A stretch of DNA of 64,000 nt from Syntrophales bacterium. Its GTDB lineage: Bacteria > Desulfobacterota > Syntrophia > Syntrophales > PHBD01. Each line of letters starts with the position of its first letter. Positions within the stretch are counted from its first letter, which is position 1. The notes beneath the pieces were generated by a model. That model saw only the letters and a list, made by a program, of their open reading frames with translations. It ran no database searches and was not told the DNA's origin. Both the position numbers and the translations under genes were made by a program. Shown here piece by piece: positions 20,318 to 29,739 of the stretch. The stretch lies in the NCBI GenBank assembly GCA_963668175.1, contig OY764159.1, positions 3,520,001-3,584,000 on the forward strand, in the 5' to 3' direction.

Positions 20318-21091
20318 TCACCAGCAGACCTGCCCCCCGTCGATGATAAGGCACGAACCGGTCATAAAGTCGGAAGCCGGGGAAGCAAGATACACAGCCA
20401 GGCCCCGCATGTCGTCCATCTGTCCCAAGCGACCGGCGGGGATGTTTTTCTTGATGATTTTCTTACCGACATCGGTTGCGAAAAAGTGTGTATTCATGGG
20501 TGTTTCGAAGTATCCGGGCTGGATGGCGTTCACCTGAATGTTGTGGCGGACCCATTCCAGGGCCATGACTTTGGTCAGCTGCTTGACGCCTCCCTTGCTG
20601 GCGCAGTAAGCCGACATATTCGGGAAGATGATGTCCGCACCGATGGACGCCACGTTGATAACCTTGCCGCCGTTTCCCTGCAGGACCATCTGCTTTGCCA
20701 CTGCCTGAGTCAGAACGAAAATGCCCCGCAGATCCGTCGCGACCGTCTGATCCCAGTCTTCCTCCGTCATTTTCAGGATGGGTTTCTCGCTGCCGCCGAC
20801 TCCCGCATTGTTGATCAGGATGTCGATATGCCCGTATTTTTCGACCACATCTTTAACCAGGAGGTTAATCTCTTCCGTGCTCGTGATGTCCAGCCTGTGC
20901 GGATACGTGGGGGCTCCGGTCCGGTCGGCGATTTCCTTGCACGCCTCTTCCAGCACGTTGATCCGTCTGGCGCACAGAACGATAGTGGCACCGGCATCCG
21001 CCAACCCTTCTGCGAGACCGCGGCCGATTCCCGTGGCGCCCCCCGTGATGATGGCTACTTTTCCTGTCAGGTCAAAATATGGAATGTTCAT
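20318..21091 (-). CDS. SDR oxidoreductase (KduD/gluconate 5-dehydrogenase-like)
   Basis: TGGATGIG, NNAG, YCASKGG, VNAIQPGYFETPMN. Confidence 0.9.
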   Translation of the reverse strand: MNIPYFDLTGKVAIITGGATGIGRGLAEGLADAGATIVLCARRINVLEEACKEIADRTGAPTYPHRLDITSTEEINLLVKDVVEKYGHIDILINNAGVGGSEKPILKMTEEDWDQTVATDLRGIFVLTQAVAKQMVLQGNGGKVINVASIGADIIFPNMSAYCASKGGVKQLTKVMALEWVRHNIQVNAIQPGYFETPMNTHFFATDVGKKIIKKNIPAGRLGQMDDMRGLAVYLASPASDFMTGSCLIIDGGQVCW

Positions 21092-21106
21092 GGGTTCCTC
21101 CTTGTC

Positions 21107-22159
21107 TTATGGACTAACCAGGATTTTAACATGCTGATCCGGATGCTCCATCAAAGGCATCAACCCTTCTGCAACCAGATCCTTTACTTTGATGTGGCCT
21201 GTGATGAGGTCGCCGACCTTTACACGCCCGTCTTCCAGATAGGCGATAGCAGCGGAAAATTCGTCTTGATAGCCGCTGCTGAAGGCTATTTCCTTCTCAT
21301 GCCCCCAGAGTTTAATGAAGGGAACCGAAATCGGTTTGAGGGCCAAACCGACGATACATATCTTCGCCCTTCGTCCCGTCACCTTGACGCAGGTATCGAA
21401 GGAAGACTGGTTTCCCACACAGTCAAAGGCGATGTCGGCCCGCAGGCCGTCCGTCAGCGCCCCGATCTCCTTCCCGGCATCCACGGCCGTAGGATCGAAT
21501 ACGGCATTGGCACCTGTCTTCGCCGCCGTTTCCATCCGGGCCTTCATCGGTTCGATGACGTAGACATGTCCGGCCCCGGCGGCCTTGCAGGCCTGGAGCA
21601 CGAAAAGACCGATAGGACCGGCGCCGACGATGGCCACATTATCGCCGATTTTCATGCCGCTCCGGTTGACCGCGTGGACCGCCACGGCCAGGGGCTCCAC
21701 CATGGCGCCCATGTCGTCCGTCACGGAATCGGGAAGTTTGTGGATGCCGTACTCGGGATAGACGCCGTATTCCGCGAATGCGCCGTCCCAGGCAAATCCC
21801 ACCGTGCCAAGCTGCGTACACATGATATGGACACCCTTGCGGCAATAATGGCACTTTCCGCAATAAATCAGCGGATTGACGGTGACCCGGTCGCCGGGAT
21901 TGACGGAAACAACGCCGCTCCCGACCGCCAACACATCCGCCGAAAATTCATGACCTAGAACGATCGGCCCTCCGGAGCGCCCTGTCAGGGGATGGGGCTT
22001 CGCGGGAATAATGAACGGGCCGCTCCTGAACTCATGAAGATCGGAACCGCAGATACCGCACTGTTTAATCCGGACCAGAACCTGACCGGCTTCCAATTCG
22101 GGATCGGGATAATCCTCATAACGAATGTCCTCTTTTGAATACCATACCGCTGCTTTCAT
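21107..22159 (-). CDS. Zn-dependent medium-chain dehydrogenase, 2,3-butanediol dehydrogenase-like
   Basis: CGICGSDLHE..GP, LGHEF, CGKCHYC..C, VEPLAVA, GAGPIG, VKILV. Confidence 0.88.
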   Translation of the reverse strand: MKAAVWYSKEDIRYEDYPDPELEAGQVLVRIKQCGICGSDLHEFRSGPFIIPAKPHPLTGRSGGPIVLGHEFSADVLAVGSGVVSVNPGDRVTVNPLIYCGKCHYCRKGVHIMCTQLGTVGFAWDGAFAEYGVYPEYGIHKLPDSVTDDMGAMVEPLAVAVHAVNRSGMKIGDNVAIVGAGPIGLFVLQACKAAGAGHVYVIEPMKARMETAAKTGANAVFDPTAVDAGKEIGALTDGLRADIAFDCVGNQSSFDTCVKVTGRRAKICIVGLALKPISVPFIKLWGHEKEIAFSSGYQDEFSAAIAYLEDGRVKVGDLITGHIKVKDLVAEGLMPLMEHPDQHVKILVSP

Positions 22160-22172
22160 ATCATCATCCTTC

Positions 22173-23150
22173 CTAAAAACTTTTATCCAAGACGGCCTTC
22201 ACGGCCTTGGCGACATCTCCCGCATTCGGCACATAATGTTTTTCCAGGCTGTAGGATGCAGGAACAAAGGGCGCACCCACACGGACGATAGGGGCATCGA
22301 GCTCGTCCAGGATATCCTCGGCTGCCGCCGCAGCGATTTCCGCGCCGAATCCGAACTGCTTCACCGCTTCATGAGCGATAACCAGACGATGGGTTTTGCA
22401 GATGGACCGATAGACTGTTTCCTTGTCCCAGGGCTGGATGGTCATCAGATCGACCACTTCAACGCTTATCCCCTCTCCCGACAGGTCCTGCGCCGCTTTC
22501 AGGGACTCGTTGACCAGGCGCGATGCCGAGACGATCGTAACGTCCGTTCCCTCTCTCTTTACGTCCGCTTTTCCCAGAGGAACCAGATATTCTTCTTCCG
22601 GAACCGAACCCTTCATGGCGTGGAGTGTCTTGTTCTCGATGAAGATGACGGGATTGTCGTCCCGGACGGCCGATTTGAGCAACCCCTTCACATCATAGGG
22701 ATTGGCGGCCATGACGACCTTCAGACCCGGCACATGGGCGAACCAGGCCTCGAGACACTGGGAGTGCTGAGGACCGGCATTGAGCCCGCCGCCTTCGGGC
22801 ATGCGTATAACGATCGGCACTGTGTACTGGTTGCCGAACATATAGCGCATTTTGGCAACCTGATTGACGATGCTGTCCATGCAGCAGGTCACGAAATCCA
22901 TGAACATGATTTCGACGATGGGTCGGAGTCCGCAACTGGCGGCGCCGGCGGCAATGGAAGTGAAACCCTGCTCGCTGATGGGCGTATCGATCACGCGCTC
23001 CGGCCCGAATTTCTCGTACAGGCCTTTGCTAGCTCCGAAAGACCCTCCGGCCAGCCCCACGTCTTCGCCGATCAGGAAGACGCTTTCATCCCTGTCCATT
23101 TCCTCTTCCATGGCTTCTTTTATGGCAAATATATAGCGAATGTCCTTCAT
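22173..23150 (-). CDS. TPP-dependent dehydrogenase E1 beta subunit (AcoB/PdhB-like)
   Basis: IGEDVG, DTPISEQG, EIMFMDF, GPQHSQC, PGLKVV. Confidence 0.92.
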   Translation of the reverse strand: MKDIRYIFAIKEAMEEEMDRDESVFLIGEDVGLAGGSFGASKGLYEKFGPERVIDTPISEQGFTSIAAGAASCGLRPIVEIMFMDFVTCCMDSIVNQVAKMRYMFGNQYTVPIVIRMPEGGGLNAGPQHSQCLEAWFAHVPGLKVVMAANPYDVKGLLKSAVRDDNPVIFIENKTLHAMKGSVPEEEYLVPLGKADVKREGTDVTIVSASRLVNESLKAAQDLSGEGISVEVVDLMTIQPWDKETVYRSICKTHRLVIAHEAVKQFGFGAEIAAAAAEDILDELDAPIVRVGAPFVPASYSLEKHYVPNAGDVAKAVKAVLDKSF

Positions 23151-23173
23151 GCGCTGTTCTCCTCAGACAATTA

Positions 23174-23191
23174 TTAGTGATCGCTCACTCA
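23174..23191. promoter_or_regulatory. 18-bp palindromic operator (site 2 of 6)
   Basis: TTAGTGATCGCTCACTCA, between the E1 alpha and E1 beta genes. Confidence 0.6.
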
Positions 23192-23205
23192 GTTTAGCCC
23201 GCCGA

Positions 23206-24165
23206 TTAAAGATACAGGCCGTCCATCATTTCCGAAACTTCCGGATAAGGGCACTCCCGGGCAAACAGAACCGCTTCTTCTATTTCCCGATCCAAATCGG
23301 CATTGATTCCTTCGATGTCCTGCTTCTTTACGACTTTCGACTTAAGGAGTTCCTTCTCGAAATCCGCAATGCAGTCCTTCGTCATGGCTTGCGCTACGGC
23401 TTCCTTGCCTCTGTATTTCTGTGCATCTCCGACATAGTGCCCGTACCACCGCTCGCTTCTCACCTCGATGAGCATCGGACCGTCCCCTTTTCGCGCCCGT
23501 TCGACGGCTTTTCCGGCTGCTTCGTAAATCTTCAGTACGTCGTTCTCAACAGATATTGCGGGGATATCGTAAGCTTCAGCGCGGCGGGTCACGGTTTCTA
23601 TCGGCATGTGGATCTTCTGCGGCGAGAATTCGGCCCAGCCGTTGTTTTCGCAGACATAGACAACCGGCAGTTTATGGATCGCTGCAATGTTCAGCGCCTC
23701 ATGGAAGGCCCCTTCTCCCGTCGCCCCTTCCCCGAAGGTAGCCACGGCGACACGGTCCGTCTTTTTGTATTTTTCGGCAAAGGCTGCGCCGGTCGCGATT
23801 GGAATGCCGGCTCCGACGATGCCGTTTGCCCCCATGATGCCTCTCGATTTATCGGCCAGGTGCATGGACCCGGATCTTCCGAGGCAGTACCCCGCTTTCT
23901 TGCCAAACAGTTCCGCCATGGCCTGCTTCAAATCGATGCCCTTGGCAATGGCATGACCATGTCCGCGATGCGTCGTTGCTATGTAATCTTCATTCGTCAA
24001 ATGACTGCATACTCCGACGGGTGTCGCTTCCTGTCCGATGCTCACATGGAGAAACCCCAGGATCTCTCCATTAGAGAATACTTCCATGAGTTTCTGTTCC
24101 GTCTTGCGGATCTTGACCATGGATTTGTACATATCGACCAGCTTTTCGTTTGTCGGTTTTACCAT
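23206..24165 (-). CDS. TPP-dependent dehydrogenase E1 alpha subunit (AcoA/PdhA-like)
   Basis: GFLHVSIGQEA, THRGHGH, GSMH, TPP motif GEGA..HEALN..CENN, GHYVGD; GGAGG RBS before ATG 24165. Confidence 0.92.
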   Translation of the reverse strand: MVKPTNEKLVDMYKSMVKIRKTEQKLMEVFSNGEILGFLHVSIGQEATPVGVCSHLTNEDYIATTHRGHGHAIAKGIDLKQAMAELFGKKAGYCLGRSGSMHLADKSRGIMGANGIVGAGIPIATGAAFAEKYKKTDRVAVATFGEGATGEGAFHEALNIAAIHKLPVVYVCENNGWAEFSPQKIHMPIETVTRRAEAYDIPAISVENDVLKIYEAAGKAVERARKGDGPMLIEVRSERWYGHYVGDAQKYRGKEAVAQAMTKDCIADFEKELLKSKVVKKQDIEGINADLDREIEEAVLFARECPYPEVSEMMDGLYL

Positions 24166-24202
24166 AACTCCTCCTTCCGCGTATTCCGATCTCATGACTA
24201 AA

Positions 24203-24220
24203 TGACTAGTCACTCATTCT
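24203..24220. promoter_or_regulatory. 18-bp operator, degenerate (site 3 of 6)
   Basis: TGACTAGTCACTCATTCT, just upstream of the E1 alpha start. Confidence 0.4.
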
Positions 24221-24248
24221 CACGTTTCGATAAAGCCATCATATCTGA

Positions 24249-24938
24249 CTATTTCTTCCCATTTTCATCCGATTTCTTTTCGCTTACGATTAACTCAATC
24301 CCTTTTTCCATGAAATCTATGATTCCCTCTTTGACCTCTTCCATGGAATCGAATCGGCGCGTCAGGCTCCATCGCCTCAGTACCAGCAGCACCGATGCAT
24401 ACGAGAGTATGTCCGCCGCAAGCTTCAATCTGAATTCATCGATTTTCTGATTTTTAAACCGTCTCCTTAACAGCGCCTCAAACAATTCCACATACCTCAT
24501 TTCCTGGGAAAGCACCGTTCTTATGGCGTCAGTATCGTATGCTCCCGACTCTCTGTACAGGAACATGATTTCATCTTGATTTTCAAAGACCAGATCCAGG
24601 TTCTTCTTCATAACCGTGCGGAATTCTTCCCTGGAATCTTCCACATTGTCCAACGCTTCATTCAATCCTTCCGAAAGAATCGTCGTCATGTGCTGGTAGC
24701 AGATATACAGGATGTCTTCTTTGGTTCTTACGTAATTATACATCGTCCCCATCGTGACGCCTGCGGCTTCAGCAATTTCCCGGACCGTCGCTTTATGGAA
24801 TCCTTTTTCCGAAAATACCTTTACCGCCCCCAGAACGATCTGCCTTCTTCTGCTTTCAATAAGATCTTCGTTCTTGATGCTTGATTCTATCCATTTGTTC
24901 TTCACTGGCTTGCTTTTGAAATTTTTTATGAGTGGCAT
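24249..24938 (-). CDS. TetR/AcrR family regulator
   Basis: FSEKGFHKATVREIAEAAGVTMGTMYNYVRTKEDIL. Confidence 0.93.
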   Translation of the reverse strand: MPLIKNFKSKPVKNKWIESSIKNEDLIESRRRQIVLGAVKVFSEKGFHKATVREIAEAAGVTMGTMYNYVRTKEDILYICYQHMTTILSEGLNEALDNVEDSREEFRTVMKKNLDLVFENQDEIMFLYRESGAYDTDAIRTVLSQEMRYVELFEALLRRRFKNQKIDEFRLKLAADILSYASVLLVLRRWSLTRRFDSMEEVKEGIIDFMEKGIELIVSEKKSDENGKK

Positions 24939-25030
24939 ATTTAAACTTCATCCTTGCAATTTTTTTTCGACTATGAAATATATAGCCACACGTTGTCAAT
25001 ATTTAACCAGTTTTTTTTTTGAAAGAACAT

Positions 25031-25087
25031 TGATTGAGCCCTCACTCAGTTTCGTTATTTAATATAGAACAACGTTTTTTTTGTCAA
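25031..25087 (-). promoter_or_regulatory. Sigma70 promoter of the tetR-E1 operon with downstream operator (site 4 of 6)
   Basis: Minus-strand TTGACA (25087-25082), 17 nt, TATTAA (25064-25059); operator TGATTGAGCCCTCACTCA at 25031-25048. Confidence 0.7.
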
Positions 25088-25125
25088 GAACTTTTTCAAA
25101 AGAAAACGAACAGGAGGTCATGTAA

Positions 25126-25656
25126 ATGCAATCGAACATTCAAGACATGAACATCACGACACTTTCAAAAGAAGAGATTCTCGGTTTCCTCGAAGATGCG
25201 TCTTTAAACTGGCTGGCACATGACGGACTATGGTTCCAGGCCGTGGAAGAAAAATATGGAACGGAAAGCGCGAGCCTGTGCAATCAGAAGGCCATCGCCC
25301 AATACTCCGAGATCGAAGCCAAGCGCATTATGAAACGACTCAAACTTCCCAAGGACGGTGGAATCCCCGCATTGATGACAGCCCTTAAGTTCAGAATGTA
25401 CCATCTCATCAACCGTTCCGATTTCCAGGAAGTTACAGATAATCGCTGTATTTTCAGGATGGTAACCTGCCGGGTACAGAATGCCCGCAAGACGAAAGGC
25501 CTCCCTGATTATCCCTGCAAGCCCGTCGGTATTCAGGAGTACAGTCATTTCGCCCGAACCATCGATCCGCGTATCGAAACACGTTGCATTGACTGCCCCC
25601 CCGATGCACATAGCGATGATTATTGGTGTTCCTGGGAATTCACCTTAAAATTATGA
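25126..25656 (+). CDS. DUF6125-like Cys-rich protein
   Basis: WLAHDGLWF, CRVQNAR, YPCK, CIDCPPD..WCSWEF; GGAGG RBS; family assigned from memory. Confidence 0.7.
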   Translation: MQSNIQDMNITTLSKEEILGFLEDASLNWLAHDGLWFQAVEEKYGTESASLCNQKAIAQYSEIEAKRIMKRLKLPKDGGIPALMTALKFRMYHLINRSDFQEVTDNRCIFRMVTCRVQNARKTKGLPDYPCKPVGIQEYSHFARTIDPRIETRCIDCPPDAHSDDYWCSWEFTLKL

Positions 25657-25705
25657 GTGAGCGCTCATTTTTATACTTGACACGGATCTTTTTTTCGGTT
25701 ATATA
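25654..25705 (+). promoter_or_regulatory. Operator (site 5 of 6) abutting a sigma70-like promoter for the MFS gene
   Basis: TGAGTGAGCGCTCATTTT 25654-25671; TTGACA 25677-25682, 17 nt, TATATA 25700-25705. Confidence 0.62.
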
Positions 25706-25919
25706 ACTTCAAACGCTAGCCATAGTCCGTTACAATTTTTTTTGGAGTCGGCATAGAGAATTCATGTTCGTTCATTCGTGATTTCTGCTGGCTCCCCCTT
25801 TTGTGCTTGTTTAACACACTGATATGTTACATTTATCCGGATAAATGTTCGATGTGAGGAAGGAGGTGCCCTAAAAAATTAACGCAGACGAGAAAAAAAT
25901 GTTTTTTTTGTGAATAAAC

Positions 25920-25937
25920 TGAGTGAGTGCTCAGTCA
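25920..25937. promoter_or_regulatory. 18-bp palindromic operator (site 6 of 6)
   Basis: TGAGTGAGTGCTCAGTCA, upstream of the MFS gene. Confidence 0.68.
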
Positions 25938-26139
25938 TTATAGCATATGGATTCTGATCGAGACGAATGTCGTCTATGACGCAGTCATCGGAAATGCTAT
26001 CTTCTATCGGGAAAGACCGAATGATAAGCGCTCCTGATATGAGCAAGCATCGTCTGTACTTCAGGCGCAATCGGCTGCTAACAGCGTGAATCATCTGAAA
26101 CACATATACAGATATAAGACTCCGGGAGGTTAAAAGACC

Positions 26140-27486
26140 ATGAGTGACGCAACGAAAAAAATTTGGGGATACCGGTGGTTTATTCTATTTCTCGTATGGT
26201 TTCTCTACCTTATCAATTACTTCGACCGTATCAGCGTACTAACCTTTTTACCGTTCATCCAGAAAGACCTCAGCCTGAGCGCCGTAGAAATCGGTTGGCT
26301 GGGATCCATCTTCTTCTTTGGATATGCCTTCGCGCAGCTTTCGGCAGGCTTCCTGGCCGATAAGATGGGTCCCAAAAAGACGATGAACATCGCAATTTGG
26401 GCATTTACTCTGGTGACTTTCGTGACAGGCTTTGTCCGCACGTTCTGGCAGTTTATCTTCCTCCGTCTCGCTTTGGCTTTAGGTGAAGGGCATCATTATG
26501 TTCCCGCCGTCCGGGCTATCGCAAACTGGTTCCCCCTTGAAGAGAAAGGCCGTGCCTACGGCTACTTCGCCACGACATGGGCCGTTGCCCCGGCCGTTGT
26601 TCCCTTGGTTGTCACCTGGCTTGCAGCATCATTTTTCGGAGGCGCCTGGCGTCCGATTTTCTTCATCCTCGCCATTCCCGGCCTCCTGGGTATCGTTCTC
26701 CTTTGGAAATATTACGATGACTCCCCGAAGAAGACCTTGGACAAAGGCTATCTGTCCAAAAACGAGTATACACTCATCTCTTCTTCCGTCGGCACCGAAG
26801 CGGCAGAACACGGCAAGACTTACAGCACGGCCATCTTCCTGAAAGACCCCCAGTACTACCTTTTTACCGTCGCTTTTTTCATCCTGCTCATGATCTATTG
26901 GGGAATGACCACCTGGATCAGCACCTTTCTCGTCAAAATGCACGGCCTGAATATCAAGACCATGGGATTTTATGCATCCATGCCTTACATCGTCGCCTTC
27001 TTCTCCATGTGGCTTGGCGGTCAGATCGCCGACAAATTGTTCAAGGGAAAGATGAAGATTGTTACGCTGATCGGTTTTCTGGGATGTATCCCCGCTCTCT
27101 ACTTCATCGGACAGGTCCCGAAAGGCGTCGAGAATCAGGGTACGCTTCTGTTATGGCTCGCCATCGGCGGATTTGTCGTAAACTTCCCCTGGGGCGTTAT
27201 GCAGGCTTTTCCCTCCGTCCGTTATCCGAAAGAAGTCGTCGGGCGCGCATTTGGAATCACGAACGGGCTCGGGCAGTTTGGCGCTTTCATTTCACCCATG
27301 ATCGCGGGTTATCTTGTAATCACTCTGCCTGACAAATCGTACGATTTTGCCAATGTGTTTATCTTCTGGTCCGCCTTGGCCTTTGTAGCTGCCATTATGG
27401 TGCTGTTCCTGAAAGAAAAACCGATCGATCATTCCAAATATGAAATACGGGACGCCGTCAAGGTGAGCGAGGCCCCGGCTAAATAG
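26140..27486 (+). CDS. MFS transporter (anion:cation symporter-like)
   Basis: INYFDRIS, GFLADKMGPK, NWFPLEEKGRA, multiple TM helices. Confidence 0.92.
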   Translation: MSDATKKIWGYRWFILFLVWFLYLINYFDRISVLTFLPFIQKDLSLSAVEIGWLGSIFFFGYAFAQLSAGFLADKMGPKKTMNIAIWAFTLVTFVTGFVRTFWQFIFLRLALALGEGHHYVPAVRAIANWFPLEEKGRAYGYFATTWAVAPAVVPLVVTWLAASFFGGAWRPIFFILAIPGLLGIVLLWKYYDDSPKKTLDKGYLSKNEYTLISSSVGTEAAEHGKTYSTAIFLKDPQYYLFTVAFFILLMIYWGMTTWISTFLVKMHGLNIKTMGFYASMPYIVAFFSMWLGGQIADKLFKGKMKIVTLIGFLGCIPALYFIGQVPKGVENQGTLLLWLAIGGFVVNFPWGVMQAFPSVRYPKEVVGRAFGITNGLGQFGAFISPMIAGYLVITLPDKSYDFANVFIFWSALAFVAAIMVLFLKEKPIDHSKYEIRDAVKVSEAPAK

Positions 27487-27513
27487 ATATTCCCTCCTAT
27501 TCCCCTTCAATAT

Positions 27514-27556
27514 CCGGGCAGAAGGTCCTTATACTGCAACCTTCTGCCCGGTTTTT
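27514..27556 (+). terminator. Intrinsic terminator after the MFS gene
   Basis: 13-bp perfect stem CCGGGCAGAAGGT/ACCTTCTGCCCGG followed by TTTTT. Confidence 0.75.
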
Positions 27557-28263
27557 CCAAGACGAACACTTCAATCATTTCATAAGACACACAACACGGT
27601 TCAAATTGCGGAATAAATCGCAAAAAGACTCGTCGCGGAGAGTGCTGTGTCTGACAAACTCCATGTCTCTCAATCTGTCTGATTTCGGATTGGTTGATAA
27701 CGTATCCGGACAAGAAAGTAACGCTGATGTACGAGGCAGCGAGGACAACGGTCAGGACTTGCTTACGCTGACAAATCTCGCCGCCGTCCTGCATTTTTTC
27801 ATAGAGTGCTCTTCATCCTATTAACATGCCGGCGGTTTTTCCCTTAGAGAACCTTCTGCTCCTATTGTCACAATCTGTTCAACGGTCGCCGCTAACAATG
27901 ACCACCATCCGTATAAAGACCGGCGGCACTTCTCTCACTTCGCTACCCTGTATGCTTTGCACTGTCTTCTTTAACCGTTTTCGACCTCCCGCTTGTCCCT
28001 ACTATTATTGACTAAGCCGTCCATATGCATCCGCTTTCCAGCATTATCTATACTTTCCCCACTCTTCCGGAACGGAAACACCGATGAGGCCATGTTCTCC
28101 ATTGCATCCTTACGATCGCGCGATGCGTTGCGAACAGGCGGCGCCTGCTTCTTTCCCCGGAATACCTAATACCCCGATACTCTCCAACATGCTGCATTAA
28201 TAATGCATTTTCCGGAGAAGAAGAATAATCCTGAGCGCCGGGCAAACTTTTTGGAAAAAAGCC

Positions 28264-28317
28264 TTGACAGATGATAAATAATCTCGTTAATAATCTTGCA
28301 AACAATATTGCTAACAA
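28264..28317 (+). promoter_or_regulatory. Putative promoter with tandem GntR/FCD-type operator boxes
   Basis: TTGACA 28264-28269; TCGTTAATAA (28284), TTGCAAACAA (28296) and TTGCTAACAA (28308) at 12-bp period. Confidence 0.5.
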
Positions 28318-29020
28318 TTATGGCGAGGCTTTTGTATGACCATTGGATGCTACGTCCAGCGGGCATTTCACGATGCGGTGTTATGCCCCGGGGCGCAGGC
28401 CTGGTGTTCCGTACTATCATAAGTAGTCTGTTCGGGAGGAACCTGTGCAGTTTATTCGTTCGAGGATAGCAATTTCAGATGCAGAAGCGACGGATCGTTC
28501 TTTTGTCCCGGCATTCGCTATGCACGTCCTTGAAACGGTATGGATGTACCGTAGTTTCCCGAAACGCAAACATCCCGAAGAAACATCTCATGAAGAACCC
28601 GGTTATACGAATCGGCCCATCCGTCATCATGAAAATCCCGACACAACTATTTCCTCAACCGATCCCGTCACCGAGGCGGCCGACAGAATATGTCCGGTCG
28701 TACAAGGCATCTCCGCGCCTCTTGACGGTATAGGTCAGGCGTCTTCGATCTTCGCCGTCAACATTTCAACACTCCATAGTGACCTTCGTTCCACTCTTCC
28801 TCCAGTGAACGGCATCATCGTGTATTCGCCTGAGATTCCCACCGCCATTGCGCCCGGAAGCATCCGGGCGCAATGGCGGTCCGGTATCAAGGCCTCTCAT
28901 TATACAGAGGCAGGACAGGTCGGGGGCTTAAAAATACGGGACGATTATGGACGTTCTCAAGAGCAACAAGGAGCTGTAGGGCTCTGCAAATATCAGTGAG
29001 GTGAATGTTAAGGAAAGCAT

Positions 29021-29674
29021 ATGTTCTCAGCAGACGACATCTACAAAGCAATTCGCGACGAGATATTCGCGGGGAAACTGAATCCGGGGGAACGCCTGGT
29101 TGAAAAGGAGCTGTGCGAACGGCTGCAGACCACCCGCGGGTATGTCCGCGACGCCCTTAAGACTCTCTCCTCGGACGGGTTCGTCGTCATCAACCGGGGA
29201 AAAGGGGCGACCGTCACCAAGATATCCTACCAGGATACGAAAAATCTCTATGAGTTGCTCGCCGTGTTGGAAGCCAAGAGCGCCGAACTTGCCGCACCGA
29301 ATCTGACACCGGCGGACATAGAGTCCATGAAGGCCATCAATGTGAAAATGCATGGATGCATCGGCGCCAAGGACAGGGCTCAGGCGAGACGGGTCTGGCA
29401 GGAGTCCAACCTGGATTTCCACCGCGTACTCGCGGCCAAATCGGGCAATCAGGATCTGGAAGGCCTTGTGGAGAACATCCGCTGGCGCACGTTCGATTTC
29501 CGTTACGTTGTACTCTTCGAGCCCTACTATCCGCTGTTTGTCGAGCAGCACGAGGCGATTATCGAGGTCATAATAAACAAAAATCTTAAAGGGGTGAGAA
29601 AAATGATGGAAACCCATGTGGAAAAGGCATCGGAGGTGCTTTTGCAGGGCTTGGAAAAAATTCACGGTTTTTAG
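29021..29674 (+). CDS. GntR family regulator (FCD domain), copy 1
   Basis: IFAGKLNPGERLVEKEL..TRGYVRDALKTL; NLDFH, SGN, QHEAII. Confidence 0.92.
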   Translation: MFSADDIYKAIRDEIFAGKLNPGERLVEKELCERLQTTRGYVRDALKTLSSDGFVVINRGKGATVTKISYQDTKNLYELLAVLEAKSAELAAPNLTPADIESMKAINVKMHGCIGAKDRAQARRVWQESNLDFHRVLAAKSGNQDLEGLVENIRWRTFDFRYVVLFEPYYPLFVEQHEAIIEVIINKNLKGVRKMMETHVEKASEVLLQGLEKIHGF

Positions 29675-29739
29675 AGTGGTCACGTTTCAAACACTATCCC
29701 AAGAATGGTTTTGGACCATGCTTGATGTGAGGTTCTCAG

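Noticed and set aside
27507..28999. Short ORFs between the MFS and gntR genes, including 28445-28999
   Set aside because: No motifs or convincing RBS, so they were not called as CDS
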